A stretch of 64,000 nt of DNA from Clostridiales bacterium (GTDB lineage: Bacteria > Bacillota > Clostridia > Oscillospirales > Oscillospiraceae): NCBI GenBank assembly GCA_022764045.1, contig JALERU010000042.1, positions 20,805 to 84,804 on the forward strand, read 5' to 3'. Below the pieces are notes generated by a model. That model searched no databases, was not told the DNA's origin, and saw nothing but the letters and a program-made list of their open reading frames with translations. Both the position numbers and the translations under genes were made by a program. Below, piece by piece: positions 28,250 to 38,327 of this stretch (within the stretch, counting starts at the first letter, position 1; every line of letters begins with the position of its first letter).

Positions 28250-29400
28250 AACATTCCCTCCTCTTTCTGCAGGGGAAGATAGATAAAGGCCCGGGTGCCC
28301 TCTCCCTCCTCACTGGTGAGCCAGATCTTGCCGTGGTGGCTGTCCACAATGCTCCGGCAGATGGCCAGCCCCAGGCCGCTGCCCGGCACGGAGCTGGTCC
28401 GGGCGCTGTCGGCCCGGAAAAAGCTGTCGAACACGTGGCGGAGGGCTTGGGTGCTGATGCCCTTGCCGTTGTCGGAGACCTGGATCACCAGGCCCTTTTC
28501 ATATTCCTCGGCCACCAAGGCGATCTCCCCCTGGGGCCGGCCGTATTTGATGGCGTTGGAGATCAGGTTATCCAGCACCCGCTTGAGCTTGCTCCGGTCC
28601 GCTGTGACCACATAGTGCCCCCGGGGGATCTGGCTGGTAAAGGACATGCCGTTGCGCCCCACGTCCGCCTGATACTCCTCGCTCAGGTCCTGCAGAAAGG
28701 GACTCATTTCCACATATTCAAAGTGATACTGCATCCGTCCCAGCTCATATTCGGAAAAGTCAGACATATTCCGCACCAGCTTTTCCAGCAGCAGGGACTT
28801 GTTATAGACAATGTCCAGATAATGGCGCTGCTTTTCCGGGGTGTTGGCGATGCCGTCCTGAATCCCCTCCACATAGCCTTTGATGGCGGTGATGGGGGTG
28901 CGCAGGTCGTGGGAGAGGTTGGCCATAAGCAGGCCCCGCTCCTCCTGGGCGGTGGCCTCGGCCACGGCAGCGGTTTTCAGCCGCTGGCGGACGCTCTCTA
29001 AAGACTGGCTCAGCTCGTCCAGCTCCTTCTCGTCGCAGGCCATAATCTGAAAGTCCAAATCCCCTTCCCGCAGGTTGTCCGCCGCCTGGCGCAGAGTCTT
29101 CAGGGTGGCCGTCAGCCGCCCGGTGAGCCGGGAGGTCACCAAGGTGCACACCCCCGCCACCAGCAGGCACAGCAAAACCCCCGCCAAAACCAGCACAGGG
29201 ATCATGCCGCCGGGCCCCATGGTCTCCTTGCCAAAGAGGAAGGACAGACTGCTGACCAGGAACTTGTCCCCGTCCGGCACCCGCTGGGTGAAAATCACCA
29301 TCACCACCACGATGACGGCGACCCCCACCAGCAGAGAAAGGGCCAGCATTTTCAGCGCCGCCCAAAAGAACTGCCCCCGAAGGGTTGGTTTTTCCCGCAT
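28246..29400 (-). CDS. Sensor histidine kinase, intramembrane-sensing-like
   Basis: Two TM segments with a very short loop, HAMP, NLSHDLRTP, NLISNAIKY, GSGLGL. Confidence 0.92.
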   Translation of the reverse strand: MREKPTLRGQFFWAALKMLALSLLVGVAVIVVVMVIFTQRVPDGDKFLVSSLSFLFGKETMGPGGMIPVLVLAGVLLCLLVAGVCTLVTSRLTGRLTATLKTLRQAADNLREGDLDFQIMACDEKELDELSQSLESVRQRLKTAAVAEATAQEERGLLMANLSHDLRTPITAIKGYVEGIQDGIANTPEKQRHYLDIVYNKSLLLEKLVRNMSDFSEYELGRMQYHFEYVEMSPFLQDLSEEYQADVGRNGMSFTSQIPRGHYVVTADRSKLKRVLDNLISNAIKYGRPQGEIALVAEEYEKGLVIQVSDNGKGISTQALRHVFDSFFRADSARTSSVPGSGLGLAICRSIVDSHHGKIWLTSEEGEGTRAFIYLPLQKEEGML

Positions 29401-29441
29401 CCGGCAGACCTCCTTCCGATTAGATCACCCGTATGATATCA

Positions 29442-30194
29442 TCAGGCCTCTCTCCTGTCAAACAGCAGGTAGCCGCAGCAGCCGAAGACCAGGCCATAGC
29501 CCGCCAGCAGGCCGATGCGGGGCAGCAGGGAGAGGAGGGGCAGGGTGATCCCGATCCAGAGATTGTGCCACCGAAGATAGCCGGTGAAGACCAGCCCCCC
29601 CACGGCAGGCGTATAAGTACCCAGGATCAGCAGCCCGACGTAGCACACCACACACAGCAGCACCGTCAGGCTGGAGCCCTTCACCAACTGATTGATCAGG
29701 GAGAAGAAGAGCACCAGCACCGCCAGGGGGATCAAGTCCAAGAGGCTCGCCCCCAGGCTGGTGAGAATCCCCTCGGTGCCGCCTCCCAGGCAGACCTGGG
29801 TCAGGGTGGTGACCACATACATCACCGCCAGGTCAAAGGCGCACAGCAGGAAGGCCGCCGCCGCCTTGGAGAAAAAGATTTTCCCCTTTCCCACCGGGCG
29901 CATGAGGGAAAAGCGGATGGTGTGGTCCACCTGCTCCCCCACGAAAAGGTCACAGGTGGCCATAATGGCCATGAGGGGCAGGAAGAGGAGCAGGAGGAAA
30001 GTCAGGTTGGAGGACATAAGCCCCCCTAAAATCGCCTGGCGGGACACCCCGCCGTCGGTGATATAGTTCACAATGAGCACCCGCAGGGCGCTGGCCACGC
30101 AAATGGCCGAGCCCAGGATGAGGAAAACCAGATATTTTTTCCGCTTGCGGAGCTTGAAGAGCTCGTTGCTCAAATTGGCAAAAAATCGTTCCAT
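29442..30194 (-). CDS. ABC-2-type exporter permease
   Basis: NELFKL start, six hydrophobic segments, LMRPVGKGKIFFSK. Confidence 0.85.
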   Translation of the reverse strand: MERFFANLSNELFKLRKRKKYLVFLILGSAICVASALRVLIVNYITDGGVSRQAILGGLMSSNLTFLLLLFLPLMAIMATCDLFVGEQVDHTIRFSLMRPVGKGKIFFSKAAAAFLLCAFDLAVMYVVTTLTQVCLGGGTEGILTSLGASLLDLIPLAVLVLFFSLINQLVKGSSLTVLLCVVCYVGLLILGTYTPAVGGLVFTGYLRWHNLWIGITLPLLSLLPRIGLLAGYGLVFGCCGYLLFDRREA

Positions 30195-30205
30195 CGCGTC
30201 CTCCC

Positions 30206-30937
30206 TTACAAAACCACAGAGCCCTTTTTGTCCCGAACCTTAGCCAGGAAATAGTCCTCCAGAGAGGGGTTCAAGCGCAGGGCCTCCTCCTTGGTGTCGA
30301 AGGAGAGCATCTCCCCCTCGTGGAGGACCAGGACCTTGTCGCACATCTTCTCAATCTCCGAGGCCAAGTGGCTGGCCACCAGGAAAGTGACCCCCTTCTC
30401 CTTGGCCAGGCGGATGATGATCTCCCGGATCTCCACCGTGGCCTCGATGTCCAGGCCGTTGGTGGGCTCGTCCAGGATCATCAGCTCCGGCTCCGACAGC
30501 AGGGCCAGGCCCAGGCCCATCCGCTGCTTCATGCCCAGGGAGAACTTGCCGCAGCGCTCCTTGCGGTAGGGGGCCAGGCCCACGATCTCCAGCACCTTGT
30601 CCATGCGGGCCTGGTCCACGTTGGGATAGTACCGGGCGGCCATGCGCAGGTGGTCCTGGGCGGTGAGGTTTTCATACAGGGCGGGCTGTTCAATGAGAGA
30701 TCCCACCTTGGCAAGGGCCCGCTCCCGGTCGGCGGCGTCGGCCCCGAAGACGGTGACGGTCCCCTCGGTGGGCTGGGACAGGCCCGTGATGGATTTCATA
30801 ATGGTGGTCTTTCCCGAGCCATTGGGCCCCAGCAGCCCCACCACCTGGCCCCGCTCCACGGAGAAGGTGATGTTCCGGGCTCCCCGGCCGTTGGGATAGA
30901 TCTTGGAAACATGGTCCAAGGATAAAACAGTGTCCAA
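30206..30937 (-). CDS. ABC ATP-binding protein, BcrA/LanF-like
   Basis: GPNGSGKTT, GSLIEQP, FSLGMKQR, LDEPTNGLD; TTG start after AAAGGAG. Confidence 0.9.
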   Translation of the reverse strand: MDTVLSLDHVSKIYPNGRGARNITFSVERGQVVGLLGPNGSGKTTIMKSITGLSQPTEGTVTVFGADAADRERALAKVGSLIEQPALYENLTAQDHLRMAARYYPNVDQARMDKVLEIVGLAPYRKERCGKFSLGMKQRMGLGLALLSEPELMILDEPTNGLDIEATVEIREIIIRLAKEKGVTFLVASHLASEIEKMCDKVLVLHEGEMLSFDTKEEALRLNPSLEDYFLAKVRDKKGSVVL

Positions 30938-31052
30938 GCGTTCTGCTCCTTTCCATCGGGCGACAAGGCCCATGAGGTCGGGACGACCCCGAAGGCCAGA
31001 GGGCCTCCGGGGTTTCGCCCGCAGTGTGTATTTTAGGGGATGGGACTGGTCG

Positions 31053-32207
31053 TTATCCCACATACTTTTCCCGGCCGCCCACATCCAGAGGCTGGATGGT
31101 GGTGGCGCCGTAATTGGTAATGGTCACATCGCCGGTGAGGACCAGGGTATGGGTGCCGCCGTCCTTGTCGGTGGTGGTGAAGGTGGCCTCAATGGAGTTA
31201 GAGGTCAGGTTCCCCTGATCGTCCACGCCAAAGTTGCACAGGACCTTTTCCAGATTCATGTCTTCGCCCACATACCGTTCCAGGTCGTCGCCCATCTGAT
31301 CGGGGACGGCTTCTGCATAGGCGTCGTAATCGGCGTAATAGTCATAGGAGCCGTCGGTCTTAACGTAGACGATGCCGCCGTCCTTTTCCTCCAGAACGTC
31401 GTAGTAGGTCTCATCCCAGTTCTGGCAGGAAAATTCATTGATCTTGTCCATCAGCTCCTGGTTGGCCTCGTACCAGGCCTCGTCCGCGCCGCCATCGTAG
31501 CCCGCCTTGAAGTCGGCCGACAGGGTCTCGCCGGTGGCCTTTTCGTAAGCGTTCAGCAGGGTGGCAGAGTAATCCTCATAGTCCACCATATAGCTGCTGG
31601 CATTGCCCTGACTCACGCCGTAGGCGAAGAGGGAAAGGCCGGCGTTCACCAGAGAAGGCACCTGGTTCTTGGCGATCTCCACCTGATACAGGGTGGAGCC
31701 GTTCTCCTTGCCCACCTGGACGAAGTTGTTTTTCAGCTCGCCCACCACGGTGTCGGCGGCGATCTCGGTGAAGTTCACCAGGCGCTTGGCCATCTCATCG
31801 TCGGCGTCTACCCCCAGCAGGTTGGCGGCGGCGGTGCTGTCTTCGTCCACATAGCCGTCGCTCTCATAGTAGACGTCATCGTCCGCGTCGAAGTAGGTCC
31901 GAACGCCATTGATTTGGGTCATGTAGTTCTCACTGACCTGGGCGCCGGGCTCTTTGGCGGTGGAGTGGGAGTACACATTGTGGCCGTCCATGGCGTACTC
32001 TTCCTGGACGCTCAAAATTTCTTTGCCGTCGAAAGTGGCCTTCATGGTGCCCTGGGCGGTAAAGTTGTCGCTCTTCAGGGCCAGGGACTTGACGGCCTCT
32101 TTGTATTTGCTGTAGCCGTTGACACTGCCGAAGGCCGCCGCGGCGGACACTGCCAGGATGAGCACACCGGCCACCAGGCAGATGAAGAGTCGGTTGCTTT
32201 TTTTCAT
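31053..32207 (-). CDS. Exported protein, paralog 1
   Basis: Signal/anchor then AFGSVNGYSKYKEAVK; aligns with 32469-33608. Confidence 0.85.
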   Translation of the reverse strand: MKKSNRLFICLVAGVLILAVSAAAAFGSVNGYSKYKEAVKSLALKSDNFTAQGTMKATFDGKEILSVQEEYAMDGHNVYSHSTAKEPGAQVSENYMTQINGVRTYFDADDDVYYESDGYVDEDSTAAANLLGVDADDEMAKRLVNFTEIAADTVVGELKNNFVQVGKENGSTLYQVEIAKNQVPSLVNAGLSLFAYGVSQGNASSYMVDYEDYSATLLNAYEKATGETLSADFKAGYDGGADEAWYEANQELMDKINEFSCQNWDETYYDVLEEKDGGIVYVKTDGSYDYYADYDAYAEAVPDQMGDDLERYVGEDMNLEKVLCNFGVDDQGNLTSNSIEATFTTTDKDGGTHTLVLTGDVTITNYGATTIQPLDVGGREKYVG

Positions 32208-32296
32208 GGAAAATCCTCCTTTTGGAATGGTGGGTGAATATCTTCCGGGATATCCCGTGTAACCCGACCCCGGAGCGGGTTTCTTTCTACGGTGTT

Positions 32297-32350
32297 ATTA
32301 TACCGCAGATCTCTAAAAAAAGAATGGGGAAACTCTTAAGATTTCATTAA
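32297..32350 (-). promoter_or_regulatory. Activator box TTAATGAAATCTTAAG plus -10 TATAAT
   Basis: 16-bp motif identical to 33674-33689, with the same 32-nt gap to the -10. Confidence 0.7.
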
Positions 32351-32468
32351 AAAATGGGGGAAACAGCCCAGCCGGAGATCCCCGGAACGCACCCCGCCCC
32401 CCGGGGACAGGAGATCCGGGGGGCGAGGTCCCTTTGGCCGGGCCAAGGGAGAGAGAAAGAGAGAATAC

Positions 32469-33608
32469 TCAGGTCCGTTCCACCCGGTCCCCCACGTCCA
32501 GGGGAGCCACGGTGGTGGTGCCGTAGCCCGTCAGGGTTAGGTCGATGTCCATCTGGATGGTATGACGGCCGCCGGCGCTGTCGATGGTGTTCAGGTTAAC
32601 CTGGAACCGGTTGGCCGTGAGCTTTCCCGCCTCGTCGATGCGGAAGGTGCAGCTTACGTCCTTCACGGCCACGTCGCTGCCCACATAGTAATCCAGGTAG
32701 TCCCCCTTCCGCTGGGGGTGGTCGGCCAGGAAGGCATTGACGGTGTCGTAGTCCACATAGCTGCCGTCGTTTTTCAGGTAGAGGACTCCTTGGTCCTTTT
32801 CTGCCTCCAGCGCCGCGTAGGCCGCGTACCAATCGGAGTTGGCAAAGCGGTTGATCCGCTCCAGCAGCCCCCCATAGCCTTGCTGCCGGATGTCCTCGCA
32901 GCAGTCCTTGCGGTAGGCCGCCTTTTCCTCCTGGGAAAGGGTCTCCCCCGAGGCCCGTTCATAGCAGGCCAGCAGCAGGGCAATGTAGTCCTCCTCATAG
33001 TCCATGTACCGCTGGACAGGCTCCCTCACAGAGTAACAGCTCAGGGCCGACAGGCCGGCGTTCACCAGACCGGGGACCTGGTTGCGGGCCACCTGGACCT
33101 GATAGAGGGTCTCCCCCTCCTCCCGGGCCAACTGGACCACGTTATTTTTCAGCCCCCCCACCACCAGGTCCGCAGCGGTCTCGGCAAAATCGGTCAGGCG
33201 GTCTTCCAGTTCCTCGTCCAGCCGTTCTCCCAGCACATCATTGAGAAAGCTGCCGGGCTCGATGGGTTCCTCCGTGTAATAGTTGCTGCCTGACAAGAAA
33301 CGGGTGCGTGTGCCGTTCAGGGTGGTGCTGTATTCCTGGTAAAGTTTTCCGTCGGTCTGCTGCTGGCTGTGATAGGCGCTGTTGTCGCCGTCCTTGGCAT
33401 AGTCCATCTGGACCGCGCCGGCCTCGTCGCCGTCCACCGTCAGCTTGACTTGGGCCTGGACGGTGAAATTTTCTTCCTGCAGCAGCAGGTCCTTTACCGC
33501 CTGTTTGTAACGGGCGTAGCCGTTGACGCTGCCAAAGGCCGCCGTGGCCGAGATCGCCAGTGTCAGCATCCCCGCCACCAGGCAGATCAGGATTCTGCGC
33601 TTCTTCAT
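32469..33608 (-). CDS. Exported protein, paralog 2
   Basis: AFGSVNGYARYKQAVK; C-terminus GYGTTTVAPLDVGDR like paralog 1. Confidence 0.85.
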   Translation of the reverse strand: MKKRRILICLVAGMLTLAISATAAFGSVNGYARYKQAVKDLLLQEENFTVQAQVKLTVDGDEAGAVQMDYAKDGDNSAYHSQQQTDGKLYQEYSTTLNGTRTRFLSGSNYYTEEPIEPGSFLNDVLGERLDEELEDRLTDFAETAADLVVGGLKNNVVQLAREEGETLYQVQVARNQVPGLVNAGLSALSCYSVREPVQRYMDYEEDYIALLLACYERASGETLSQEEKAAYRKDCCEDIRQQGYGGLLERINRFANSDWYAAYAALEAEKDQGVLYLKNDGSYVDYDTVNAFLADHPQRKGDYLDYYVGSDVAVKDVSCTFRIDEAGKLTANRFQVNLNTIDSAGGRHTIQMDIDLTLTGYGTTTVAPLDVGDRVERT

Positions 33609-33635
33609 GGGGCTTCCCTCCTCTTTTACAACTTC

Positions 33636-33689
33636 ATTGTACCGAAGGAAAATAAAAAAAGGATAGGGATTTTCTTAAGATTTCATTAA
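33636..33689 (-). promoter_or_regulatory. Activator box TTAATGAAATCTTAAG plus -10 TACAAT
   Basis: Twin of the 32297-32350 site. Confidence 0.7.
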
Positions 33690-33743
33690 GGCGAAAAAAT
33701 GGCCGGGAGGATCGCCTCCCGGTCATTTCCACACAGAGTATTC

Positions 33744-34595
33744 TTACCACATTTTGGCGCAGGCCACGCCCAGGGCCCCCTCCCCGGTGTGGCAGCAGAT
33801 GCTCAAAGGCAGGGAGATCAGCCCCACCGAGTGGTTGGGGAAGGCCGCCTGGACCTCTTTCTGCCAGGCCTCTCCCAAGGTGGGGTCGCTGCCGGAGTAG
33901 CCGGAAAAGACCGCCATCTTCATCCCGGCAAACCGGGTGGCCAGGTCATGGTGAAGGGCCTCGATGAGGGTCTTTTTGGCCTGGAGCATCCCCCGGACCT
34001 TTTTATAGGCGTCCAGCTTCCCCCCCTGGATCTGCAGGACGGGCTTGATGTGCAAAATCGCCGCCATGGCCGCCCCGGCGGCAGTGACCCGCCCGCTCTT
34101 TTTCAGGTATTCCAGGGTGTTCACGGCGATGTAGACACTGGAGGCGCTCTTTTCCCCCTCCAAAATATCCCGCACTTCTTCCGCCGTTCTTCCCTGCTCC
34201 AGCAAAATCTTGGCGTTGCGGATGGATTGGGCCAGGGTTACGGCGATGCGGTGGTCGTCCACCACCAGCACCCGCCCGCCATACTCCTGGGACAGGGCCT
34301 TGGCCATCTCACAGGAGCCGCTGAGGCCCGAGCTCATGGGAAAGTGGAGCACCGCGTCGTGGGTCTCCAGCAGTTCCTCCCACAGGGAGGTGATCTCCTC
34401 CGGGGAGGGCTGGGAGGTGCTGACTTCCGCCCCTTCCTTCATTTTGCGAAAAAACATCTCGGGGGTGCAGTCTTTTCCCTCCAGATAGGTGGCGCCGTCA
34501 ATAAAAAAGGGCATTGGGATCAGATAGATCCCCAGTTCTTTGGCTTCTTGGACGGAAAGGTTGCTGTTGGTGTCCGTTACAATGGCTGTTTTCAC
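33744..34595 (-). CDS. DegV family protein
   Basis: IVTDT, STSQPS, SSGLSGS, KSGRV, CHTGEG; GTG start. Confidence 0.92.
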   Translation of the reverse strand: MKTAIVTDTNSNLSVQEAKELGIYLIPMPFFIDGATYLEGKDCTPEMFFRKMKEGAEVSTSQPSPEEITSLWEELLETHDAVLHFPMSSGLSGSCEMAKALSQEYGGRVLVVDDHRIAVTLAQSIRNAKILLEQGRTAEEVRDILEGEKSASSVYIAVNTLEYLKKSGRVTAAGAAMAAILHIKPVLQIQGGKLDAYKKVRGMLQAKKTLIEALHHDLATRFAGMKMAVFSGYSGSDPTLGEAWQKEVQAAFPNHSVGLISLPLSICCHTGEGALGVACAKMW

Positions 34596-34764
34596 AGTAA
34601 AATCCCCTTAATGTCTGGATTGATTCGTTGTCCTATGATACCATATCTTTCCTTCCTTTGCAAGGTTGCTTTCCTCTCTTCCCAGGGCAACAGCAATTAA
34701 ATTTTCAATCTGAAAAAATGAGAAAAACGCCGCTGTAATTCCCTCCTATTCCCCTCCAACGATA

Positions 34765-35105
34765 GAGGGACCCCGTTGCCGCCTTGGGCCGGTGGGGCTA
34801 TGACCCACGCCGTGGAATCCTCAACGCTCGCCCTCATCCGACCCAGCCTCCGGCTGGCCCACCTTCCCCCCCAGGGGAAGGCATTGGCAGGCCCTGTAGG
34901 GCACCTTTTCCTTTGGAAACGTCGGGCGTTCCTTTAGGACACTACCGCCATGGTTTCCCCCAACGTACCGTAGGCTTCCCCTCGGGGGGAAGCTGTCAGC
35001 GCAGCTGACTGATGAGGGGGCGATCTCGTAGTAACGGGAGGTAGAGGAATCCCGTTGCCACCTTGGGCCGGTGGGGTTACTACCTACTCTGAGAAATCCT
35101 CAACG
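34765..35105. repeat. REP-like unit (one full copy plus a partial second)
   Basis: ccctcatccgacccagcctccggctgg...ggggaagg and ggcttcccctcgggggga...gatgaggggg. Confidence 0.85.
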
Positions 35106-35108
35106 CCC

Positions 35109-35345
35109 TCACTGGCTTCCCCCCTTTCCTTTGGAAAACCGGGGGTCGTCGGTGCGGCCCAGGATGTAGTCGGTGGATGTGTGATAAAGGTCGGCCAAAG
35201 CAATTAAAATGTCGCTGGGGATATCCCGGTAGCCCTGCTCATAGCGAAAATACTGGGTCTGGGTCATGCGCAGCTTAGCTGCCAGCTGCCGCTGGGTCAA
35301 GTCGTGGTCTTCCCGCAAGTCACGAATCCGTTTGTAGTATCCCAT
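35109..35345 (-). CDS. XRE-family HTH regulator
   Basis: RIRDLREDHDLTQRQLA...YFRYEQG...LADLYHTSTDYILGR. Confidence 0.9.
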   Translation of the reverse strand: MGYYKRIRDLREDHDLTQRQLAAKLRMTQTQYFRYEQGYRDIPSDILIALADLYHTSTDYILGRTDDPRFSKGKGGSQ

Positions 35346-35357
35346 AGTCCCTCCATT

Positions 35358-35430
35358 GATATCCGTTTGGATATCTTGACATTATCCCGCTCCAATGTTA
35401 TTATGGCTGCATGATATCCATTTGGATATC
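35358..35430. promoter_or_regulatory. Two GATATCC-N4-GGATATC palindromes flanking a promoter
   Basis: 35358-35375 and 35413-35430 flank TTGACA (35376) - 17 - TATTAT. Confidence 0.7.
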
Positions 35431-35462
35431 AATAAATTACAAAGAAGGAGACCCGATTTCCC

Positions 35463-35726
35463 ATGTGCGACACCTCTTTTCCCTTCCGCTGGTCAGCCTG
35501 CCTCTGGTCGGCCTGCCTGCCCCACTGGATGGCCTGGCTTGGAAGTGCCCTCTTCCCCGGCGGCCCCTCCACCGCCCTGCTCTGCCGGGCCCTCCTTCTT
35601 TTCACCGCTGCCCTGCTCCCCTTCTTGCTCCAAACTGCCTGGCTCCCCGCCGGCATTACCCTGAGCGCGGGATGCTTTTTCATTCTGGCCGCCCTTTTCT
35701 GCCTGCCGCCGTGGACGGCCGGATAA
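35463..35726 (+). CDS. Possible small hydrophobic protein or gene remnant
   Basis: AAGGAG upstream, hydrophobic C-terminal half, promoter in front; no recognisable family. Confidence 0.3.
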   Translation: MCDTSFPFRWSACLWSACLPHWMAWLGSALFPGGPSTALLCRALLLFTAALLPFLLQTAWLPAGITLSAGCFFILAALFCLPPWTAG

Positions 35727-35817
35727 AAAGACCGCCGGTTTTTTCAGAATCCCCTTGACAGCCGCGAATCTAAGTGATATGATTTTGATATCAAATAGAT
35801 CGGCAAGGAGGTTTTCC

Positions 35818-36855
35818 ATGAACGAAATTATTTTAACCAACAAAAAGCACGGCATGCCGGTGCTGCTGCTCACCATCGTGCTGTATGTGGCGGCCATTCT
35901 GGGCATCATCGCCTGCGCGGGGTACTATTATTATTACTATCCCACCATCCCCATGGTGATCTGCATCGCCTACCTGTGCCTGGGCTGGCTGGTGATCCCC
36001 GGCCTGAAGGTTCTGGGGCCCCAGGAGGCCCTGGTGCTCACCCTCTTCGGCAACTACATCGGCACCCTGAAGGGGGAGGGCTTCTACTTCGTAAATCCCT
36101 TCTGCGTGGCGGTCAACCCCGCCGCCAAAACCCAGCTGAACCAGAGCGGCGACGTGGACAGCGGCAGTGGCTCCCCGGTCCTGGCCGCCCTGAAGGGCGG
36201 GAACGGTTCCGCCGCCCTGAGCAAGGAGATCGGCTCGAAAAAGATCTCCCTGAAAATCATGACCCTCAGCAACTCCCGTCAGAAGATCAACGACTGCCTG
36301 GGCAACCCCGTGGAGATCGGCATCGCCGTCACCTGGCGGGTGGTGGACACGGTAAAGGCCGTCTTTGATGTGGACAATTATAAGGAGTTCCTCTCCCTCC
36401 AGTGCGACAGCGCCCTGCGGAACATCGTCCGCCTCTACCCCTACGACGTGGTGCCCGGCACGGAGGTGGACACCACTGGTGACGGGGTCCCCGACGAGGG
36501 CAGTCTCCGGGGCTCCAGCGACGTGGTGGCCGCCCGGATTCGGGACGAGATCCAGGCCAAGGTCCAAGAGGCCGGCCTGGAGATCATCGAGGCCCGGATC
36601 ACCCACCTGGCCTACGCCTCGGAGATCGCCGCCGCCATGCTCCAGCGCCAGCAGGCCTCGGCCATCATCGACGCCCGGAAGATGATCGTGGAGGGGGCCG
36701 TGGGCACCGTGGAAATGGCCCTGGACCGCCTGAACCAGAGCGGCATGGTAGCGCTGGATGAGGAGCGGAAAGCCGCCATGGTCTCCAACCTGCTGGTGGT
36801 CCTCTGCGCCAACCACGACGCCCAGCCGGTGGTGAACACCGGCAGCCTGTATTAA
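35818..36855 (+). CDS. SPFH/band 7 domain membrane protein
   Basis: [43 protein letters not shown]; TTGACA-17-TATGAT promoter at 35755. Confidence 0.92.
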   Translation: MNEIILTNKKHGMPVLLLTIVLYVAAILGIIACAGYYYYYYPTIPMVICIAYLCLGWLVIPGLKVLGPQEALVLTLFGNYIGTLKGEGFYFVNPFCVAVNPAAKTQLNQSGDVDSGSGSPVLAALKGGNGSAALSKEIGSKKISLKIMTLSNSRQKINDCLGNPVEIGIAVTWRVVDTVKAVFDVDNYKEFLSLQCDSALRNIVRLYPYDVVPGTEVDTTGDGVPDEGSLRGSSDVVAARIRDEIQAKVQEAGLEIIEARITHLAYASEIAAAMLQRQQASAIIDARKMIVEGAVGTVEMALDRLNQSGMVALDEERKAAMVSNLLVVLCANHDAQPVVNTGSLY

Positions 36856-36858
36856 GCT

Positions 36859-37071
36859 ATGGCTGAGAGCAAAAAGGACACCAAAAAGCAAATCCCTCTC
36901 CGGCTTTCCGCCAAGCTGTACGCCGCCATCGCGGCCTGGGCAGAGGATGACTTCCGCTCGGTCAACGGACAAATCGAATACCTACTCACCGAATGTGTCC
37001 GCCAGCGGAAGAAAAACGGCAAGTACGTCTCCGATGAGATCGACGTGCCACCGGAGCTGGATATCAAGTAA
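36859..37071 (+). CDS. Arc-like ribbon-helix-helix protein
   Basis: KQIPLRL...[17 protein letters not shown]. Confidence 0.85.
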   Translation: MAESKKDTKKQIPLRLSAKLYAAIAAWAEDDFRSVNGQIEYLLTECVRQRKKNGKYVSDEIDVPPELDIK

Positions 37072-37090
37072 TCCGAAAGGAGGGAGTGCC

Positions 37091-37327
37091 ATGGCCTCCC
37101 GCAGGGGAAAGAAAGTGGGGGTGTGGCTGTCAGTCCTGGCCGTGCTGGTCCCCCTGGCTGTTCAGGGGATCGGCGTCTACTGGGCCTGGCGCATGCTGGG
37201 CATGACCCCTCTGTTTTGGGGGCTGGCCGCGCTGCTGCTGGCCGCAGCCATCACCGTAATCGCAGCGGCCATCGTAAGAATTCGTGAAATCAATGGAGGA
37301 GAAGAAGATGATCTTAGTCAATACTGA
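37091..37327 (+). CDS. Small two-TM membrane protein
   Basis: GGGAG RBS; two hydrophobic helices; ends EINGGEEDDLSQY. Confidence 0.7.
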   Translation: MASRRGKKVGVWLSVLAVLVPLAVQGIGVYWAWRMLGMTPLFWGLAALLLAAAITVIAAAIVRIREINGGEEDDLSQY

Positions 37328-37619
37328 TTACATTACCGGAAAAGAGTTGGAAATGCTGGGCCTGGTGAAAGGCAGCACCATCCAGTCCAAGAACATCGGC
37401 CGGGACATCACCCAGGGTTTTAAGACCCTGGTGGGCGGCGAGCTGGGGTCCTACACCGAAATGATGAACGACGCCCGGGCCCTGGCCACCAAGCGGATGG
37501 TAAACGAGGCCGAAGCCCTGGGGGCCGACGCGGTGGTCAACATCCGCTACGCCTCCGCCGCCGTGATGCAGGGCGCCGCCGAGGTGATGGCCTACGGCAC
37601 GGCGGTGAAATTCAAATAA
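37308..37619 (+). CDS. YbjQ/UPF0145 family protein
   Basis: LGLVKGS...LKTLVGGEL..YTEMM..AR...EAEALGADAVV. Confidence 0.9.
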   Translation: MILVNTDYITGKELEMLGLVKGSTIQSKNIGRDITQGFKTLVGGELGSYTEMMNDARALATKRMVNEAEALGADAVVNIRYASAAVMQGAAEVMAYGTAVKFK

Positions 37620-37640
37620 CCACCAACCCCTCTCTATACA

Positions 37641-37687
37641 AAAAGCTCCACCCCGGCGCGTTTGAACCGCGCCGGGGTGGAGCTTTT
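37641..37687. terminator. Bidirectional intrinsic terminator
   Basis: aaaagctccaccccggcgcg / cgcgccggggtggagctttt, 20-bp perfect stem. Confidence 0.85.
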
Positions 37688-37718
37688 GCCAGGGGAGGAA
37701 GTTCCTCCTCCCGCCGCC

Positions 37719-38180
37719 TTAAAAGAGTTTGCTCAGCCACAGAATGATTCCGTAGATCACACTGGCCGAGATGCCGTACACCAGCACCGGCCCGGCCACG
37801 GTGAAGAGCTTGGCAGCGGTTCCCGTCACGAAGCCCTCCTGCTTAAACTCCATGGCGGGGGCCACCACGGCGTTGGCAAAGCCGGTGATGGGAACCAGGG
37901 TCCCCGCCCCGGCGTGCTTGGCGAAGTTGTCGAAGATCCCGATGCCGGTGAGCAAGGCTGTGACGAAAATCAGAGTCACCGACACCGCCGTCCCCGCCGC
38001 CTCAACCCCCAGACCCATGCTTTTGTACCAGTCCATCAGGGCCTGGCCGATGACGCAGATGCCCCCGCCCACCAGAAAGGCCCACACCATGTTCTTCCCC
38101 ATGGGGGAGGGCTTGGCCTTGCTCTGGACATAGGCATTGTATTCCTCGCTGGTCAGTTTGTTCAGATCCATGGATATCAC
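37719..38180 (-). CDS. spoVAC: Stage V sporulation protein AC
   Basis: AFLVGGGIC, AGAGTLVPITGFAN, KLFTVAGPVLVYG. Confidence 0.92.
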   Translation of the reverse strand: MISMDLNKLTSEEYNAYVQSKAKPSPMGKNMVWAFLVGGGICVIGQALMDWYKSMGLGVEAAGTAVSVTLIFVTALLTGIGIFDNFAKHAGAGTLVPITGFANAVVAPAMEFKQEGFVTGTAAKLFTVAGPVLVYGISASVIYGIILWLSKLF

Positions 38181-38327
38181 CTCACCGCCAGTATGTCCCA
38201 GAAGGAGAAAAATTATCCCTTTCCCCCTGGGTGGGAGTCCGCACCCAGCAAACGGCGCCTACCGCCGGTTTTACGCTGTGACGGGAAACTGCGCCCCCTG
38301 GTAATCCGGAAATTCACGCCAGAGCCG

